From the NCBI GenBank assembly GCA_965202985.1, contig CBDBCF010000001.1, forward strand, positions 2,336,001-2,400,000: 64,000 nucleotides of DNA. Reading direction: 5' to 3'. Source of the stretch: Longimicrobiales bacterium (lineage in GTDB: Bacteria > Gemmatimonadota > Gemmatimonadetes > Longimicrobiales > Gaopeijiaceae). Of the stretch, positions 62,372 through 64,000 are shown one piece after another. The notes beneath the pieces were generated by a model. That model was not told where the DNA came from, did no database searches, and saw only the letters and a list, made by a program, of their open reading frames with translations. The stretch's first letter is position 1. The number at the start of each line of letters is the position of its first letter. The position numbers and the translations under genes were made by a program.

Positions 62372-64000
62372 GCCCCCAGCGAGCCCCACCGACCGCTCCG
62401 ATGTTGGACGGCCTCCCGGAGGGGTGGGTCGGCCTCGTCGCCGAAGCCGCGCGTCGCGGCTATCTGGAGTTGGAGTCGAACGAGTCGCGGATTCGATACA
62501 ACTGTGCACAAGTCCGGGAATGCTCGTACGCGAATCCGGAGGAGCGCGTCCGGGCCGGCGTCTATGCTTGGCTGATCATCGATCAAGGATATGCGCCCGC
62601 AGCAATCAAAGTGGAAGTGCGTGTGCCGCGACGAACGCCCAGCGACTACGCCGATGTAGTCGTCTATACGGACCCGGAGTGTCGCGTCCCGTACTTGGTT
62701 GTGGAGACCAAGGCGCCGAATCAATCCGAAGCAGCTTTCCTGCAGGCCGTCGAACAGGCGTTCGGAAACGCCAACTCGCTGCGAGACACCAACTTCGCGC
62801 TGGTCGACTCCGGTGACAGGTCCCAGCTGTTCGAGGTCGCAGGACATCCACACGACGAACGCGAGGCCAACTGGCTAGGCGGTCGCGACAACTTGCCGGA
62901 GGCGTACGGCGCCGTTTCAGCCTTCCGCTTGGTTGCCGGCGATAGCGAGCGCGACATCGAACCCTGCACGGCCACGCAGGTCGAAACGCTGGTGCGGCGC
63001 GTCCACGGCTTGATCTGGGCTGGCGGGAAGCGGGACCCCTTTTCGGCTTTCGACGAATGGTGCAAGATGCTGTTCGCCAAGATGTACGACGAGCGACACA
63101 CTGCAACCGGCACGCCTCGACGGTTTCAAGTAGGACGCGGGGAGAGCGACGTATCGGTAGCCAACCGGGTTCGCCGATTGTATGTCGAAGCCCGGGCAAG
63201 AGACGAATCGATCTTCGCATCCGACCTGCTGCTGCCGGACAACAAGGTCGCGCAGGTTGTTCGGGAGATTCAGCAAGTGGCGTTCGCTCAAACCGACGTG
63301 GACACGCTCGGCGCGGCGTTCGAGGGCTTCTTCGGATCTGCGTTTCGCGGCGAACTCGGCCAGTACTTCACCAGACGGGAAATCTGTCGGTTTGTTTGTG
63401 CGCTTTTGGAGCCGACGGAACGCGACAGGGTCCTGGACCCCACCTGCGGCAGCGGCGGTTTCCTGCTGGAGACGCTGATACAAGTCTGGCGCTACATCGA
63501 CGACGCCTTCGTAGGACAGTCCCTGGGTCGCCAGCGGAAGTACGACTTTGCATGGCAGAATCTGTTCGGCATCGAGATTCACTCCACGCTGGGACGGATC
63601 TGCCAGACCAACTTGCTGATCCACAAGGACGGCCACACCAACGTCGAAGTCGGACGAAGCTGCCTGGACAGCGTGTTCGACAACAAGACGCTCGACCCCG
63701 ACCGACCGTCGTTCACCGTGATCGTCGGCAACCCGCCCTTTGGGGACAAGGTCAGGAAGGGCGATGCGGACCAGCTCGGCAACAACCGGCTGTCGGCCTT
63801 CGAGCTTGCCGGCGACAACCATGCGACGTCGGAGGTCGTGATCCTCGAGCGCTCGATCAAGTGGCTGGCGCCCGGTGACGGACGGCTCGGGGTGGTTGTT
63901 CCCGACGGCGTGCTCAACAATGCCAGCGAGACCTCCAAATGCCCGGCCCTGAGGCGGTTTCTGTTCCGCAACACCCAAATCCTTGCGATCGTGTCGCTGC
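62368..64000 (+). CDS. HsdR_N-type nuclease domain fused to an N6-adenine DNA methyltransferase (type IIG/IIB-like R-M), 3'-partial
   Basis: Read by hand; absent from the ORF track because it has no stop in the window. NPEERVR...EVRVPRR...ADVVVY...VVETK, then GELGQYFT, VLDPTCGSGGFL and IVGNPPFG. Start ATG 62368 (ATGA overlap) or 62401. Confidence 0.88.
   Translation, partial: MSPQRAPPTAPMLDGLPEGWVGLVAEAARRGYLELESNESRIRYNCAQVRECSYANPEERVRAGVYAWLIIDQGYAPAAIKVEVRVPRRTPSDYADVVVYTDPECRVPYLVVETKAPNQSEAAFLQAVEQAFGNANSLRDTNFALVDSGDRSQLFEVAGHPHDEREANWLGGRDNLPEAYGAVSAFRLVAGDSERDIEPCTATQVETLVRRVHGLIWAGGKRDPFSAFDEWCKMLFAKMYDERHTATGTPRRFQVGRGESDVSVANRVRRLYVEARARDESIFASDLLLPDNKVAQVVREIQQVAFAQTDVDTLGAAFEGFFGSAFRGELGQYFTRREICRFVCALLEPTERDRVLDPTCGSGGFLLETLIQVWRYIDDAFVGQSLGRQRKYDFAWQNLFGIEIHSTLGRICQTNLLIHKDGHTNVEVGRSCLDSVFDNKTLDPDRPSFTVIVGNPPFGDKVRKGDADQLGNNRLSAFELAGDNHATSEVVILERSIKWLAPGDGRLGVVVPDGVLNNASETSKCPALRRFLFRNTQILAIVSL

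Overview
High-GC bacterial DNA. The gene content (VPS10/BNR protein, S9 peptidase, carboxypeptidase-regulatory-domain protein, AAA/PD-(D/E)XK protein) suggests Gemmatimonadota or a similar host-associated lineage, which is inference only. Four blocks. (1) 1-23.2 kb: a nested anti-phage defence island. Its backbone is a DNA adenine methyltransferase, a 2231-aa YprA/DUF1998 helicase and a RelE-UvrD helicase (ARMADA/DISARM/Druantia-related). Inserted into it are a low-GC SIR2-HerA-KTSC module, a Hachiman-like nuclease-helicase pair, two partnerless ABC-type ATPases and IS21 debris. Three equally spaced copies of a 57-bp GGACAT motif sit at module boundaries. (2) 27.1-39.5 kb: a tightly coupled seven-gene minus-strand operon joining a TRAFAC-class GTPase and a GAP1-like partner to a divergent SEDS (FtsW/RodA-like) protein and a penicillin-binding transpeptidase, plus membrane, TPR-like and LysM-like proteins. 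This is the best candidate for an undescribed system. (3) 39.6-53 kb: mostly housekeeping and secreted hydrolases, with a solitary low-GC DUF262-HNH gene. (4) 53.1-62.4 kb: a complete quinohemoprotein amine dehydrogenase cluster (qhpG-A-D-C-B-F-E) whose gamma subunit has an extra Cys-x5-Asp pair. An HsdR_N-fused N6-methyltransferase follows and runs off the window end. No rRNA, tRNA or CRISPR array was recognised. All family assignments come from motif recognition by eye, not database searches.
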